A stretch of DNA of 48,917 nt from an uncultured Candidatus Saccharibacteria bacterium (GTDB taxonomy: Bacteria; Patescibacteriota; Dojkabacteria; SC72), in NCBI GenBank assembly GCA_964655705.1, contig CAZZPP010000001.1, positions 9,207 to 58,123 on the forward strand, written 5' to 3'. Shown in pieces: positions 9,460 through 18,750 of this stretch. How positions within the stretch are numbered: the first letter of the stretch is position 1; every line of letters begins with the position of its first letter. A program made the translations under genes and the position numbers. A model generated the notes under the pieces. It had not been told where the DNA came from, searched no databases, and saw only the letters and a program-made list of their open reading frames with translations.

Positions 9460-9662
9460 ACTCCTCTAAATGGGTTTACTAATCTTAATGCTTTCTTTGC
9501 TCTATCTAGTGAAGGCTCAAAAGAAATTTTCTGGGTACTAGGTTTTACTGTTTTAACATTAGGATTATTTGTTAGAGGAATATTAGATGGTAGAACAGAG
9601 GAATCTGTTGTTGCATTGTATTGATATATTACCTTTCTATTGTTGTTTTGGTTGTTGTTCAT
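9456..9662 (-). CDS. Possible 68-aa small protein downstream of virB4-like gene
   Basis: Fills the 9460-9636 gap; its stop overlaps the convergent Lon-like stop (TTAG); codon choice resembles neighbouring minus-strand genes; no recognisable domain. Confidence 0.4.
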   Translation of the reverse strand: MNNNQNNNRKVIYQYNATTDSSVLPSNIPLTNNPNVKTVKPSTQKISFEPSLDRAKKALRLVNPFRGV

Positions 9663-12012
9663 TCTCATCTCCTATCATACCTTGAGGAGTAATATGTGCT
9701 CTACCCCTTTGTATATCCTGTCTTTCTTTTACTACCTGTCCAGGGACAGTGTTTTCCTGAATTAATTGATTTACACTTTTCTGAGAAGCGTATTTCTCAG
9801 GATTTAATTCTCTTTCTTGTTCAACTAATTTCTTCTTAAGTTCTTCTTGGTACCTTATCCTTTCATCCTTGATTACTTCGATATCTTCTTTTCTCTTACC
9901 AACAGCTCTCTCGATTAGGTCTCTGTTTTTAGAAGTCTCTGTCGATATTTGACTTTGAGTAGCAGGTGCATCAAAGATTGCAGAGAGTTCTTCAATTGTT
10001 CTTTTATCTATACTTACCTTGTTAATTCCTCTTCTTTCAATTTCTCTTGGATCTGAAGTAATTAATTCATTCTCTTGAACACTAGAGAGTACCTGGATTG
10101 CCACATGATTCTGTCCAGCAAAGAAAAGGCCTTGTCCCTTCTCACAGTTAAGTAAGAATACCCTCTCTCCATCGGAGAGATGAAAGGTAGGTTGTAAAAC
10201 ATCTAAAGCAGAGGGACTTTGCATCATGAGCATAGACATGGAAGCATTTTGAATAATGGCTCTACCCATATCATTGTTTAGGAAATCTGCAACATCTTGT
10301 GTAATGGTAGTCAGACCAAGGTAGTATTTCCTCGCTCTTTTAGCAATTGAATACATAAATCTAGCAGAGTCCTCCCTTTGCATCATATACCAGGCCTCAT
10401 CCACGATTAGAAGTCTTCTTTTCTTGTTTTTACGTATAACTGTCCATATGAAGTCTAACATTAGATACATGGCTAGAGGTTTCAATTCTTCCTGTAGATC
10501 TCTTACACTGAATACGGTAAAAGGATTTTTAATTTCAAAGTTGGTTGCCTCGTTAAATACTCCTGCACCACTACCAATTATAAATCTCTCCATTCTTCTT
10601 GCTAGGTTATGTGCTTCATCTTCAGCCATACCTTTAAGAACCTTATACAAGTCTTCTAACATTGGTGGAGAATTCTTTTGAGTTGCTGGGTCATATGTAA
10701 TACCTTTCTCTCTGTATGCTAGTATTATTGCCCTATCTAGTATAGATACCTCTACACTTGTTAATCCATCAAACATTACTTTGAAAAACCCTAATAGTGA
10801 TTGACTCTTTATTCTTAACTCATCTTCCCCCTCTTCAAAGACACCTGAGAGTTCAAATGGATTCATCTTGTCTCCTTTGTCTTGAGAGAAGGAAATATAT
10901 GATCCACCAACTGCTCTGGAGAGGTCTTCATACTCTCTTTCTGGATCAATAATTATTACATCTGTACCTAACATTAGACTACGAAGAGCCTCAAGTTTAA
11001 CAAAGTAGCTTTTACCTGCTCCTGATTTAGCGAATACAACAGCATTTGCATTCTCTAATTCAAACCTATCAAATATTACTAAACTCTTGTTATGCATATT
11101 AATCCCATACATTATTCCATGATCCATAGTTAACTCAGAAGTAACAAATGGGAATGTTGTAGCTAGAGATGTTGTATCCATATTCCTAGTTACATACAGT
11201 TTGTCTAGTCCCAGTGGTTGTGTACTTATGAATCCCTGTTCTTGTTGTAGAGTAGCTGATTTAGCTGTAACACTAATTGCAGCTAATGTAGATACTACAT
11301 TACGACTATATTTTTCTAAAAGATCTTTGGTAGGGGCATATATTGTAATGTACATTGTAAAATGAAAAAACTTCTCGGTACCCTCTGCAATTGAATCCTG
11401 AAGTTGCTGTGCATCAGAAAGTGCTACCTTAACAGAAGCATCAATTACCTTCCTGTCCTCCATCTGTCCATATATTGTAGCTTCCATTTCAGCTATCTTC
11501 TTTCTCAATTTCTCTAAAATGACTTTAGAATCTACAGGGTAGTAGAAAGTACTTATTCGAAGAGAATGCTCAAAGTTAATGATTGGGGATAGCCAATTAG
11601 GTCCTACAAACCTAGGATATCCACTTACAAAGAAAGTTCTAAAGTAGTAATCCCCCATTTGAAGAGTATTGAAATCTACTTCAATATCTATGGGAGCAAT
11701 TACATCCTGAGTGGTTAATCCATCATACTTAGCTATATTCGGTTCTTTTACAACTACTGGCTGTACTTTCTGTTTAGGCATTAACATATCTAAAAGTTTA
11801 AACAATGGATTCTTCTTCTCTTTCTTTTCATCTTCCTTAACTTCGTTGAATCTCTCCTTTTCTCCAGTAACAGGCTCGCTCTTCTTCTGTTGTATATCAG
11901 CAATATCTTTTGCCAAATCTTCTTTGAAAGATGCAAACTTATCTCCAGAGATGGTACTCTGTTTCTCTTCTAGCATTTCCATTGTTTTTGATTTAAATTT
12001 GTTCTCTTCCAT
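9637..12012 (-). CDS. VirB4/TraC/TcpF-like type IV secretion ATPase
   Basis: Walker A AKSGAGKS, IIIDPEREY, MNPFEL, Walker B LIVDEAW, RARKY, TITQDVADFL; T(S)LAT.FPF upstream of the ATPase domain. Confidence 0.9.
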   Translation of the reverse strand: MEENKFKSKTMEMLEEKQSTISGDKFASFKEDLAKDIADIQQKKSEPVTGEKERFNEVKEDEKKEKKNPLFKLLDMLMPKQKVQPVVVKEPNIAKYDGLTTQDVIAPIDIEVDFNTLQMGDYYFRTFFVSGYPRFVGPNWLSPIINFEHSLRISTFYYPVDSKVILEKLRKKIAEMEATIYGQMEDRKVIDASVKVALSDAQQLQDSIAEGTEKFFHFTMYITIYAPTKDLLEKYSRNVVSTLAAISVTAKSATLQQEQGFISTQPLGLDKLYVTRNMDTTSLATTFPFVTSELTMDHGIMYGINMHNKSLVIFDRFELENANAVVFAKSGAGKSYFVKLEALRSLMLGTDVIIIDPEREYEDLSRAVGGSYISFSQDKGDKMNPFELSGVFEEGEDELRIKSQSLLGFFKVMFDGLTSVEVSILDRAIILAYREKGITYDPATQKNSPPMLEDLYKVLKGMAEDEAHNLARRMERFIIGSGAGVFNEATNFEIKNPFTVFSVRDLQEELKPLAMYLMLDFIWTVIRKNKKRRLLIVDEAWYMMQREDSARFMYSIAKRARKYYLGLTTITQDVADFLNNDMGRAIIQNASMSMLMMQSPSALDVLQPTFHLSDGERVFLLNCEKGQGLFFAGQNHVAIQVLSSVQENELITSDPREIERRGINKVSIDKRTIEELSAIFDAPATQSQISTETSKNRDLIERAVGKRKEDIEVIKDERIRYQEELKKKLVEQERELNPEKYASQKSVNQLIQENTVPGQVVKERQDIQRGRAHITPQGMIGDENEQQPKQQ

Positions 12013-12016
12013 TTCT

Positions 12017-12658
12017 CTATGTCATCTCTTCCTCTGGATTATATATTGTGTAAACCTCAGTAAGGAGTTCTTTGTTAGTTAGTTGTTTCCCTGTAAGCCC
12101 CATACGAGACAACTGTTTTAAAATATGATCTCTTTTGGGATAGAGAAATATCTTAGCTTTCTCTACAAGTTGTTCTTGTTTCATACTCTGATTTCTAGCA
12201 ACCTCCTCTTTACTCTTCTTTGATTTAAGAAGATTAGAAGTAGGGATATCTCCCCCAGGGTTGAAAGGTATTACAAGAAAGAAGTTTTTGTCTAACACAT
12301 CATTTTCTATAATTAGACGCTGAATGAATTCGGTATATATATGTAATTGGTTCTTTAATCCCTCTGTCATAGCCTTATTCTCTTGATTTTTAAGATAGTC
12401 TACATAATTAGAGATATCTATTCTCCTAGTACGTATTAATATCTGTATGTGAAAGTTTAAAGAGTTTAGTAGGCCAGCAAATGCAAAAACCTTACTATCT
12501 TGTTCATATTCAGCAAGTAAATCAAAGTTAATAGCGGATGTCTGGATTATAATAGCGACACTCCCACTTTGAGTAATTACTAAATCATCAACAATATCCC
12601 TTATCTCTAAGTGTTCTTGCGTAGATGAAGTTGTTCTTGCCCTTGCATTTGTATCCAT
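12017..12658 (-). CDS. TraC-like accessory protein of CPR-type T4SS locus
   Basis: QEHLEIRDIVDDLVI, AINFDLL..EQ....AF..LLNSLNF.IQILI, KNFFLVIP pattern; lies between PrgI and VirB4 and is translationally coupled. Confidence 0.65.
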   Translation of the reverse strand: MDTNARARTTSSTQEHLEIRDIVDDLVITQSGSVAIIIQTSAINFDLLAEYEQDSKVFAFAGLLNSLNFHIQILIRTRRIDISNYVDYLKNQENKAMTEGLKNQLHIYTEFIQRLIIENDVLDKNFFLVIPFNPGGDIPTSNLLKSKKSKEEVARNQSMKQEQLVEKAKIFLYPKRDHILKQLSRMGLTGKQLTNKELLTEVYTIYNPEEEMT

Positions 12659-13488
12659 TATTGTATTGTAATTTTATATGGCAATTTACCCATATTCTTT
12701 GTTAAAACAATCTGTATGGAGGGTATACTAAAAGGTACTCCTTCGAATTGTATATTATATATTCCTTCAGGATACTCTTTGTTTGTTAAAAAGTAACCAT
12801 TCTTACCAGTCTTATTTGCATACAAAATCTTCTCATTATTATCCTTGAGGTATGTTTTAATATCAGATACAGGTTGATTATCTTTTGTACTGAGCCATAT
12901 ATTAATATTTCCAGGGAGTCTATCAACACTTTTAATATCAAACTGGTACTTAGATATATTTTCTTCATTAATGATAATGGGTTGGGGAGTATCAAGTTCA
13001 AGATGTTCCTCCTCCTGATCCTTAACTATATTACTTTTAACTATTTCTCCATTGCCCTCTTCAAACATATCATCACCTTGATCTTCAGTAAAAATATCCT
13101 TCCCCTCTTCCTTGACCTTAGAACCACCAAAAATCTTTTGGTTCTTCTTCTCAGGTTGTACTGAGGGTTTAATCCTTTGCTCTTTAAGTGCACTATTTAA
13201 CCATACTCTTTGAGTAGGCCTATTAATCGCAGAAAAGAAATTAGATATGAATCTGTCTGCAGGTTGATCATTAATTGGAACAAGAGCAAAGAATACTCCT
13301 AGACCAGAAAATAGCAAGAACATGGGTACCCCTATAACCCCAGGGAATTGTCCTTTAGTTGTGAAGTAGAGAAATACTCCTCCGATACTTACACCAATTG
13401 CAAGATATGCAAACTCTTTTAATGTAAACTTAGTAAAAAGTTTAAACTCCACATCTAAGATATTTTGTGGTATAGGGTGTTGTCTCAT
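12658..13488 (-). CDS. PrgI (VirB3-like) membrane protein with C-terminal beta-sandwich extension
   Basis: QHPIPQNI..VEFKL...FTLKEF.YL start, two TM helices, PIN.QP.D.FI.NF; stop/start overlap with the next gene. Confidence 0.75.
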   Translation of the reverse strand: MRQHPIPQNILDVEFKLFTKFTLKEFAYLAIGVSIGGVFLYFTTKGQFPGVIGVPMFLLFSGLGVFFALVPINDQPADRFISNFFSAINRPTQRVWLNSALKEQRIKPSVQPEKKNQKIFGGSKVKEEGKDIFTEDQGDDMFEEGNGEIVKSNIVKDQEEEHLELDTPQPIIINEENISKYQFDIKSVDRLPGNINIWLSTKDNQPVSDIKTYLKDNNEKILYANKTGKNGYFLTNKEYPEGIYNIQFEGVPFSIPSIQIVLTKNMGKLPYKITIQ

Positions 13489-13550
13489 ATATGTACTATC
13501 TAGTTTATCAGAATTAAAGGAAATAGGGGAGATATATTTAATATATTCAG

Positions 13551-14624
13551 TTATACTCCATTGAGATGTATTAATTGAGCATCTTTAACAATTCCCTTAG
13601 GTAGTGATTTGTAATCTATCACAGTTAGAAAGGTTTGTTGCTTGTCTAACACCTTTTTGTTAAATATTTTCTTTGTATTTAATATATCTAATTCAGAAGC
13701 TATATCATCGAGTAGAAGAATTGGGTAATGGGAAGTCTTCTTAAAAACAATCTCTTGTATCTCAAATATTAATTTCCCTATGGCTAACCTTTTTTCACCC
13801 CTAGAACCAAATTTCCTGATATCTCTGTCTTCAAATATATCCCAGTCATCTCTATGTGGTCCGACATTTGTGTATCCTGTAGCAATATCCCTCTTTTTAC
13901 TTAATTCTAATTCCTTATGTATACACTCCTTAAGGTATTCAATATTATGAATCTTTCTTCTATCGAAATTAATATCTGTTTTGTACTTAACCTCGTATTC
14001 ATTTTGTGAGAGTTCTTTAGTAAGTAATATCCTTTTTTGTAAGATATATGCTGATGTAAGACAGAAGTGATTACTCCAGAAGTTTAACTGAGTATCATTT
14101 AGAGCAATTATGCCTTTCTCATAGAAAAGTTTAGAAAGTTTTTTTAGATATGCATTTCTTTGTTTCAAGATCTTTTTAAAATCTTTAATCAAAGTATCAT
14201 ATTCATAGTCATATTTGAGTATAGTGGTATCTAGAAAATTTCTTCTTTCTGAAGGAGATATCATAAGGAGTTCTATTTTCTCTGGATTAAAGATATTTGC
14301 AGACCTATTCTGAAAGAAAGTTATTGCTCTTGTATTATTACCCTCTATCTTTAGATTCTTTCTGTTATTATCTTTAAAATATACATATGATCTACCATCT
14401 TCAATACTCTCTATACGGGTATGAACTTGAGAGATCTGTTCAATGTTAATGTATTCGTTTGTAGTGGCCCAGGGTGATTGTCCCGTACTTATCAAGTACA
14501 ATGCCTCTAATACAGAACTTTTACCTTGAGCATTGTGTCCATAGAAGACAGTAAGATTTTTTTTAAATTCAAAGGAGGTATTTTTGAATTTCCTGAAGTT
14601 TTGTAGTAATAATTTCTCAATCAT
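13551..14624 (-). CDS. recF: DNA replication/repair protein RecF
   Basis: QNFRKF, GHNAQGKS, P.ERRNFLD, GPHRDD, GSRGEKR, PILLLDDI.SELD. Confidence 0.93.
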   Translation of the reverse strand: MIEKLLLQNFRKFKNTSFEFKKNLTVFYGHNAQGKSSVLEALYLISTGQSPWATTNEYINIEQISQVHTRIESIEDGRSYVYFKDNNRKNLKIEGNNTRAITFFQNRSANIFNPEKIELLMISPSERRNFLDTTILKYDYEYDTLIKDFKKILKQRNAYLKKLSKLFYEKGIIALNDTQLNFWSNHFCLTSAYILQKRILLTKELSQNEYEVKYKTDINFDRRKIHNIEYLKECIHKELELSKKRDIATGYTNVGPHRDDWDIFEDRDIRKFGSRGEKRLAIGKLIFEIQEIVFKKTSHYPILLLDDIASELDILNTKKIFNKKVLDKQQTFLTVIDYKSLPKGIVKDAQLIHLNGV

Positions 14625-16447
14625 TATGTTTTTAATATACTTAAGAATGCCTCCTGGGGGATATTTACTTGTCCAATCTGTTTTAATCTCTTCTTACCCT
14701 TCTTCTGTTTCTCTAGTAATTTTAATCGTCTTGTATAATCTCCTCCATACAGTTTCGCTGTAACATCTTTGCGAAAGCCCTTTACATCTTGCCTTGCAAT
14801 AATCTTTGCCCCTATGGCTGCTTGAAGTGGAATAGGGAACTGTTGTCTTGGTATCTCTCCTTTCATTACTTCAAGTAGTCTAGATGCTTTAGTTTGTGCT
14901 AATTCTCGTGTTTCCAAAAAACTTAATGCAGGTATCTCTTCATGATTAACTAATACTGAGACTTTTACTAAATCTACGGGGAAGAAATCAATTAATTCAT
15001 ACTCCATAGAGGCGTAGCCACTTGATTGGTTTTTAAGTAAATCAAAAAAGTTAGATACTAAAGATGCTAGAGGTATATCGTACTCCAATACTATGTATTG
15101 GTCTTTTAATTGTATATCTCCAGAGGTATTAGACATGTACTTAGTATTTACATATACTCCCCTTTTGTATTGACACAACTCCATTAGGGGTCCCATATAC
15201 CTATCTGGTGTCATTATCTTTAGTCTTACCCAAGGTTCAAATATTTCAGATATCTCAGAGGGATCTGGTAGTTCTTGGGGTGTCTGTATATCAATCTTTG
15301 TACCATCTGTTCTAGTTACTTTGTATTCAACCGTTGGTGCAGTAATTATTAAATCTACGTCATACTCTCTTTCTAATCTCTCTTGAACTATCTCCATATG
15401 TAGTAAGCCTAAGAAACCACATCTAAATCCTGAACCCAGTAAGTTAGATCGTTGATCTGAGAATGTTAGGGCTGCATCATTCATACTTAATTTGTTTAAT
15501 CCAATTTTTAATGGCTCATACTCATCTGTAGTTATCGGGAAGAAAGTAGCATATACATTTGGTTTAGGGATTTTGTATCCCTCAAGAGGTTGGGTTAGTT
15601 TACTGTCTGATATTGTATCTCCAACTGTAAACATACTGATATTTTTGAATCCTGTTGCAATATATCCAACCTCTCCTGTACTAAGTTGTGTAGTCTCCTC
15701 TAAATCTGGTTTAAATATTCCTACCTCTGTTGGTTTAAAGCTCTCTCCCTTTTGTAAGATATGTAGGTCAACAGATTTCCCAGGTATATACATTACGCAG
15801 CCTTCAAACACCCTTACGGCAACAACTACCCCTCTATGTTCATCATAGAAGGAATCAAAAATGAGGGCTTTTAGTGGCTTACTAAAATCTCCCTTTGGAG
15901 GTGGGCATCTTTCAACAATTGCATCTAAGAGTTGTTCTACTCCTTCCCCGCTTTTGCCAGATACTTTTATAATTTCTTCTTTCTTAAATCCCAAGAGTTG
16001 AATTAATTCCTCTTCTCTTTCTTGAATATTAATATTAGGTAAATCTATTTTGTTTATTACTGGTATTAAGGTAAGACCCAGTTCTAGCGCTTTTTGGGTG
16101 TTTGATATTGTTTGAGCTTGAATACCTTGTGATGCATCTACTAAAAGTATTGCTGCTTCGCATGCAGCCAGTGATCTAGATACTTCGTAAGAGAAATCTA
16201 CATGACCAGGAGTATCTATTAGGTTTAATTCTGTTTCCTTCCACATCATCCTACAAGCCTGCAGTTTAATTGTAATACCTTTCTCTTGTTCTAATTCTAA
16301 TCTATCAAGTATTCGTGATTCCCTCTTGTCTCTTGAGATATCAATGTGTGCAGCCTCTAACATCCTGTCTGCTAAAGTTGATTTTCCATGATCTATATGA
16401 GCGATGATGGAAAAGTTCCTAATTTTATTTAAATCAGTTTTACCCAT
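14624..16447 (-). CDS. lepA: Elongation factor 4 (LepA)
   Basis: IRNFSIIAHIDHGKSTLADR, DTPGHVDF, GFRCGFLGLLH, RKDVTAKLYGGD. Confidence 0.98.
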   Translation of the reverse strand: MGKTDLNKIRNFSIIAHIDHGKSTLADRMLEAAHIDISRDKRESRILDRLELEQEKGITIKLQACRMMWKETELNLIDTPGHVDFSYEVSRSLAACEAAILLVDASQGIQAQTISNTQKALELGLTLIPVINKIDLPNINIQEREEELIQLLGFKKEEIIKVSGKSGEGVEQLLDAIVERCPPPKGDFSKPLKALIFDSFYDEHRGVVVAVRVFEGCVMYIPGKSVDLHILQKGESFKPTEVGIFKPDLEETTQLSTGEVGYIATGFKNISMFTVGDTISDSKLTQPLEGYKIPKPNVYATFFPITTDEYEPLKIGLNKLSMNDAALTFSDQRSNLLGSGFRCGFLGLLHMEIVQERLEREYDVDLIITAPTVEYKVTRTDGTKIDIQTPQELPDPSEISEIFEPWVRLKIMTPDRYMGPLMELCQYKRGVYVNTKYMSNTSGDIQLKDQYIVLEYDIPLASLVSNFFDLLKNQSSGYASMEYELIDFFPVDLVKVSVLVNHEEIPALSFLETRELAQTKASRLLEVMKGEIPRQQFPIPLQAAIGAKIIARQDVKGFRKDVTAKLYGGDYTRRLKLLEKQKKGKKRLKQIGQVNIPQEAFLSILKT

Positions 16448-16494
16448 AGAATACGGGTAATTATATTATATTTATGATGAGAAAAGATATATAT

Positions 16495-17049
16495 TTACTG
16501 AATCTCTTTAATATCTAGTTGGAAGTCCTCATTAAACCTGACATTAGAGAAACTCTCAATAGCGAGATATACAACATATTTCTCCTTAGGAATTAAAAGA
16601 ATCTTTTGTGCAGTTATATCCCCATTAGGACTTTGAATTCTATATACCTGATCATTGATGATTAATGAGATATTGGAACGGGTAGGTATATTGGTATTTC
16701 CATATATCTCTAGTTTAATCTCATCATTTTTGTTATTAGTTATCTCTAATATGGGTTTAGAGTACCTATCCGCATCCCTATTCTCTATGGTGGTTGTATA
16801 CCTATATACCCCCTGTTCATCTTGTTCAAGTCTTTCTCTACTAAATATTTGATGACTACCTCCAACTATCTGTATATCTAATTCTGCCTTTTCACTTACA
16901 CCTAATACATCAATTTCTTTTAGAGCTTTAGTTAAAGGTTCTAAATTCATAACGGTGATTGTTGGTATTATGAAGAGTAGGGCAAGTAAGCCAAGAGCTA
17001 TTGGTTCAATTACTAAGGTAAGAAATTTTTTAAACTTTTGATTTTTCAT
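16495..17049 (-). CDS. Membrane-anchored beta-rich hypothetical protein
   Basis: N-terminal TM followed by DVLGVS motif; stop/start overlap with the upstream gene. Confidence 0.7.
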   Translation of the reverse strand: MKNQKFKKFLTLVIEPIALGLLALLFIIPTITVMNLEPLTKALKEIDVLGVSEKAELDIQIVGGSHQIFSRERLEQDEQGVYRYTTTIENRDADRYSKPILEITNNKNDEIKLEIYGNTNIPTRSNISLIINDQVYRIQSPNGDITAQKILLIPKEKYVVYLAIESFSNVRFNEDFQLDIKEIQ

Positions 17050-17597
17050 TAGTAGTACTTCTTACTATCAGGATATACCTTACTAACTTGAATTTCAAAT
17101 GATTTAAGTGCTCCTAAACCACAAAGCAGTGAAACTACCCCTGATATATATGCAATCCATTGATATGTATCTCCTTCAATTGCATTTTTAATAATTAATC
17201 CACTACATAGCCAGAGGAATACACACCAAATGAAGATTTGAAGAAAGGTAGTATCATCCTTTGTAATCCATTTAAGAGCATTGAACTTAGTAACCTTTAC
17301 AATCGTTTTAGGATTTTGTAGGGTAGATTGAAACAGTAAAGTCTTAAGTATTTGATATATCGTAGGTACTGCTATTACTAAAAGCATCAGTAAATCGGAT
17401 ATTGAATTCACAAAGTAGGTAATTTGAGCATCATCGAAATATATCTGTGTAGAAAAGAAACCATTAATATCGTTTCCTATCTCCAATGGGTATCCATATT
17501 TTGCAGAGATTAAAAATATTCCGAGTGTTTTACCAGCAATCATTAATATCGCTGGAACTATGGAATTTTTAAGAGCTCTTTTGAGTAGTTTTGACAT
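17049..17597 (-). CDS. Integral membrane hypothetical protein (about 4 TM)
   Basis: Four hydrophobic segments; co-oriented between rpsT and 16495-17049. Confidence 0.72.
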   Translation of the reverse strand: MSKLLKRALKNSIVPAILMIAGKTLGIFLISAKYGYPLEIGNDINGFFSTQIYFDDAQITYFVNSISDLLMLLVIAVPTIYQILKTLLFQSTLQNPKTIVKVTKFNALKWITKDDTTFLQIFIWCVFLWLCSGLIIKNAIEGDTYQWIAYISGVVSLLCGLGALKSFEIQVSKVYPDSKKYY

Positions 17598-17865
17598 TAT
17601 CTTTGGATAGTTTGTTTAGTTGAATTGCAAGCCTTGATTTTTTACGACTTGCCTTACCCTTTTTAATGACATTCTTCTTAGCAGCTTTGTCAAGGACTTT
17701 GAAAGTCTGATTAAGTGATTTCTCAGCCTTCTCTTTGTCACCTTCTTTGATGCTATCTCTGAAATTCTTTTCAGACCTTTTTACTCTGTTTCTAAGTCTG
17801 TCATTAAAAGTACTTTTTCTTTTACTACTTCTTAAATCTTTTATTGATGTTTTTAAGTTTGGCAT
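17569..17865 (-). CDS. rpsT: 30S ribosomal protein S20
   Basis: MPNLKTSIK.LR, LDKAAKKNVIKK.KASR.KSRL. Confidence 0.95.
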   Translation of the reverse strand: MPNLKTSIKDLRSSKRKSTFNDRLRNRVKRSEKNFRDSIKEGDKEKAEKSLNQTFKVLDKAAKKNVIKKGKASRKKSRLAIQLNKLSKDNVKTTQKSS

Positions 17866-17966
17866 CGTGATATATATATTATTAAATGTATGATAACTGT
17901 GCTGTATTATATATACTAGAATGGTGTTTGTAAACAGAATATTTTATTGATACACTATAACTAGAT

Positions 17967-18365
17967 ATGATTAATACTAAAAAGGTACTTCTCATTACCC
18001 TTCTAATTGTAATCCCACTTGTTGCTTTGATATCATCTGGGTATTTAATATTCTTTAAACAAGATTCAGAAGTTAAGGGAGTAACTACTAAAGAAAAGGG
18101 TTGTGTACCATATATTGTAAATACAATACCAAGAGTTGCATATGTTGGAGAGGAATACCACTTCTTTCCAAGAGTATCTGGATGTCAGGTAGAAGAGATT
18201 GAGGTGAGAGGAGTAGGATGGTTAAATGTTGATAGTGATATGGGTATTTCGGGTATTCCCAAAAAGGAAGATATTGGAACTTTTAAGATTGAGATATATA
18301 CTCGTAGTAGTACGGATAGTTATGTGCTCAAAGATTACATAATCGTTAAAGAGAATGAGAAATAA
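17967..18365 (+). CDS. Small membrane-anchored protein with putative Ig (He_PIG/cadherin-like) domain
   Basis: N-terminal TM, SEVKGV, then P..AYVGEEY.F..GWL......ISG.P...D.G.F.I.I. Confidence 0.7.
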   Translation: MINTKKVLLITLLIVIPLVALISSGYLIFFKQDSEVKGVTTKEKGCVPYIVNTIPRVAYVGEEYHFFPRVSGCQVEEIEVRGVGWLNVDSDMGISGIPKKEDIGTFKIEIYTRSSTDSYVLKDYIIVKENEK

Positions 18366-18750
18366 CTGGATTGTAATGGGTGGGGTCGTATTACTACTAA
18401 TATCCGTAGTTACACTTTTTGTATTTAAATCATCTGCATCAGAAGATTCCACCTACGTTGAGGGTTGCACCCCATTCAATGTCGAGGTAAAAAGGGGAGA
18501 GAAAGAAAACAGTGTAGATATATCTTGGAAGAGTAAGGATGAGTGCTCAGGATATATTCTTTACGGTAAAGAGATGCGAGGGTTGGATATGGTTGGTGTA
18601 GATTTGTTAAATGAGGTTCAGAGTAAAGAGCATACAGTAACAATATCTAGTTTAGTAAGTACTAAGAGGTATTACTTTACAATTATTTCAAATGGTATTA
18701 GTTACGGTAAGGGTGGGCTCCCATTACAGTTCTCTATCGATTCCCTCTAG
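18355..18750 (+). CDS. Small secreted FN3/purple-acid-phosphatase-N-like domain protein
   Basis: Signal peptide; V.ISW..C.GYILYG..H.V.ISSL....RYYF.I.S.G pattern, shared with 39092-40696. Confidence 0.72.
   Translation: MRNNWIVMGGVVLLLISVVTLFVFKSSASEDSTYVEGCTPFNVEVKRGEKENSVDISWKSKDECSGYILYGKEMRGLDMVGVDLLNEVQSKEHTVTISSLVSTKRYYFTIISNGISYGKGGLPLQFSIDSL

Noticed and set aside
9637-13488. Calling the VirB4 trio an ICE or mobile element
   Set aside because: No integrase, relaxase, att repeats or tRNA insertion site; flanked seamlessly by core genes.
13521-13533. AAATAGGGGAGA shared with the terminator at 36902
   Set aside because: No complementary arm here, so no hairpin; probably coincidence.
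17925-17936. TGTTT-GT-AAACA inverted repeat in the divergent rpsT/17967 spacer
   Set aside because: Only 5-bp arms in AT-rich DNA, and no second copy seen.
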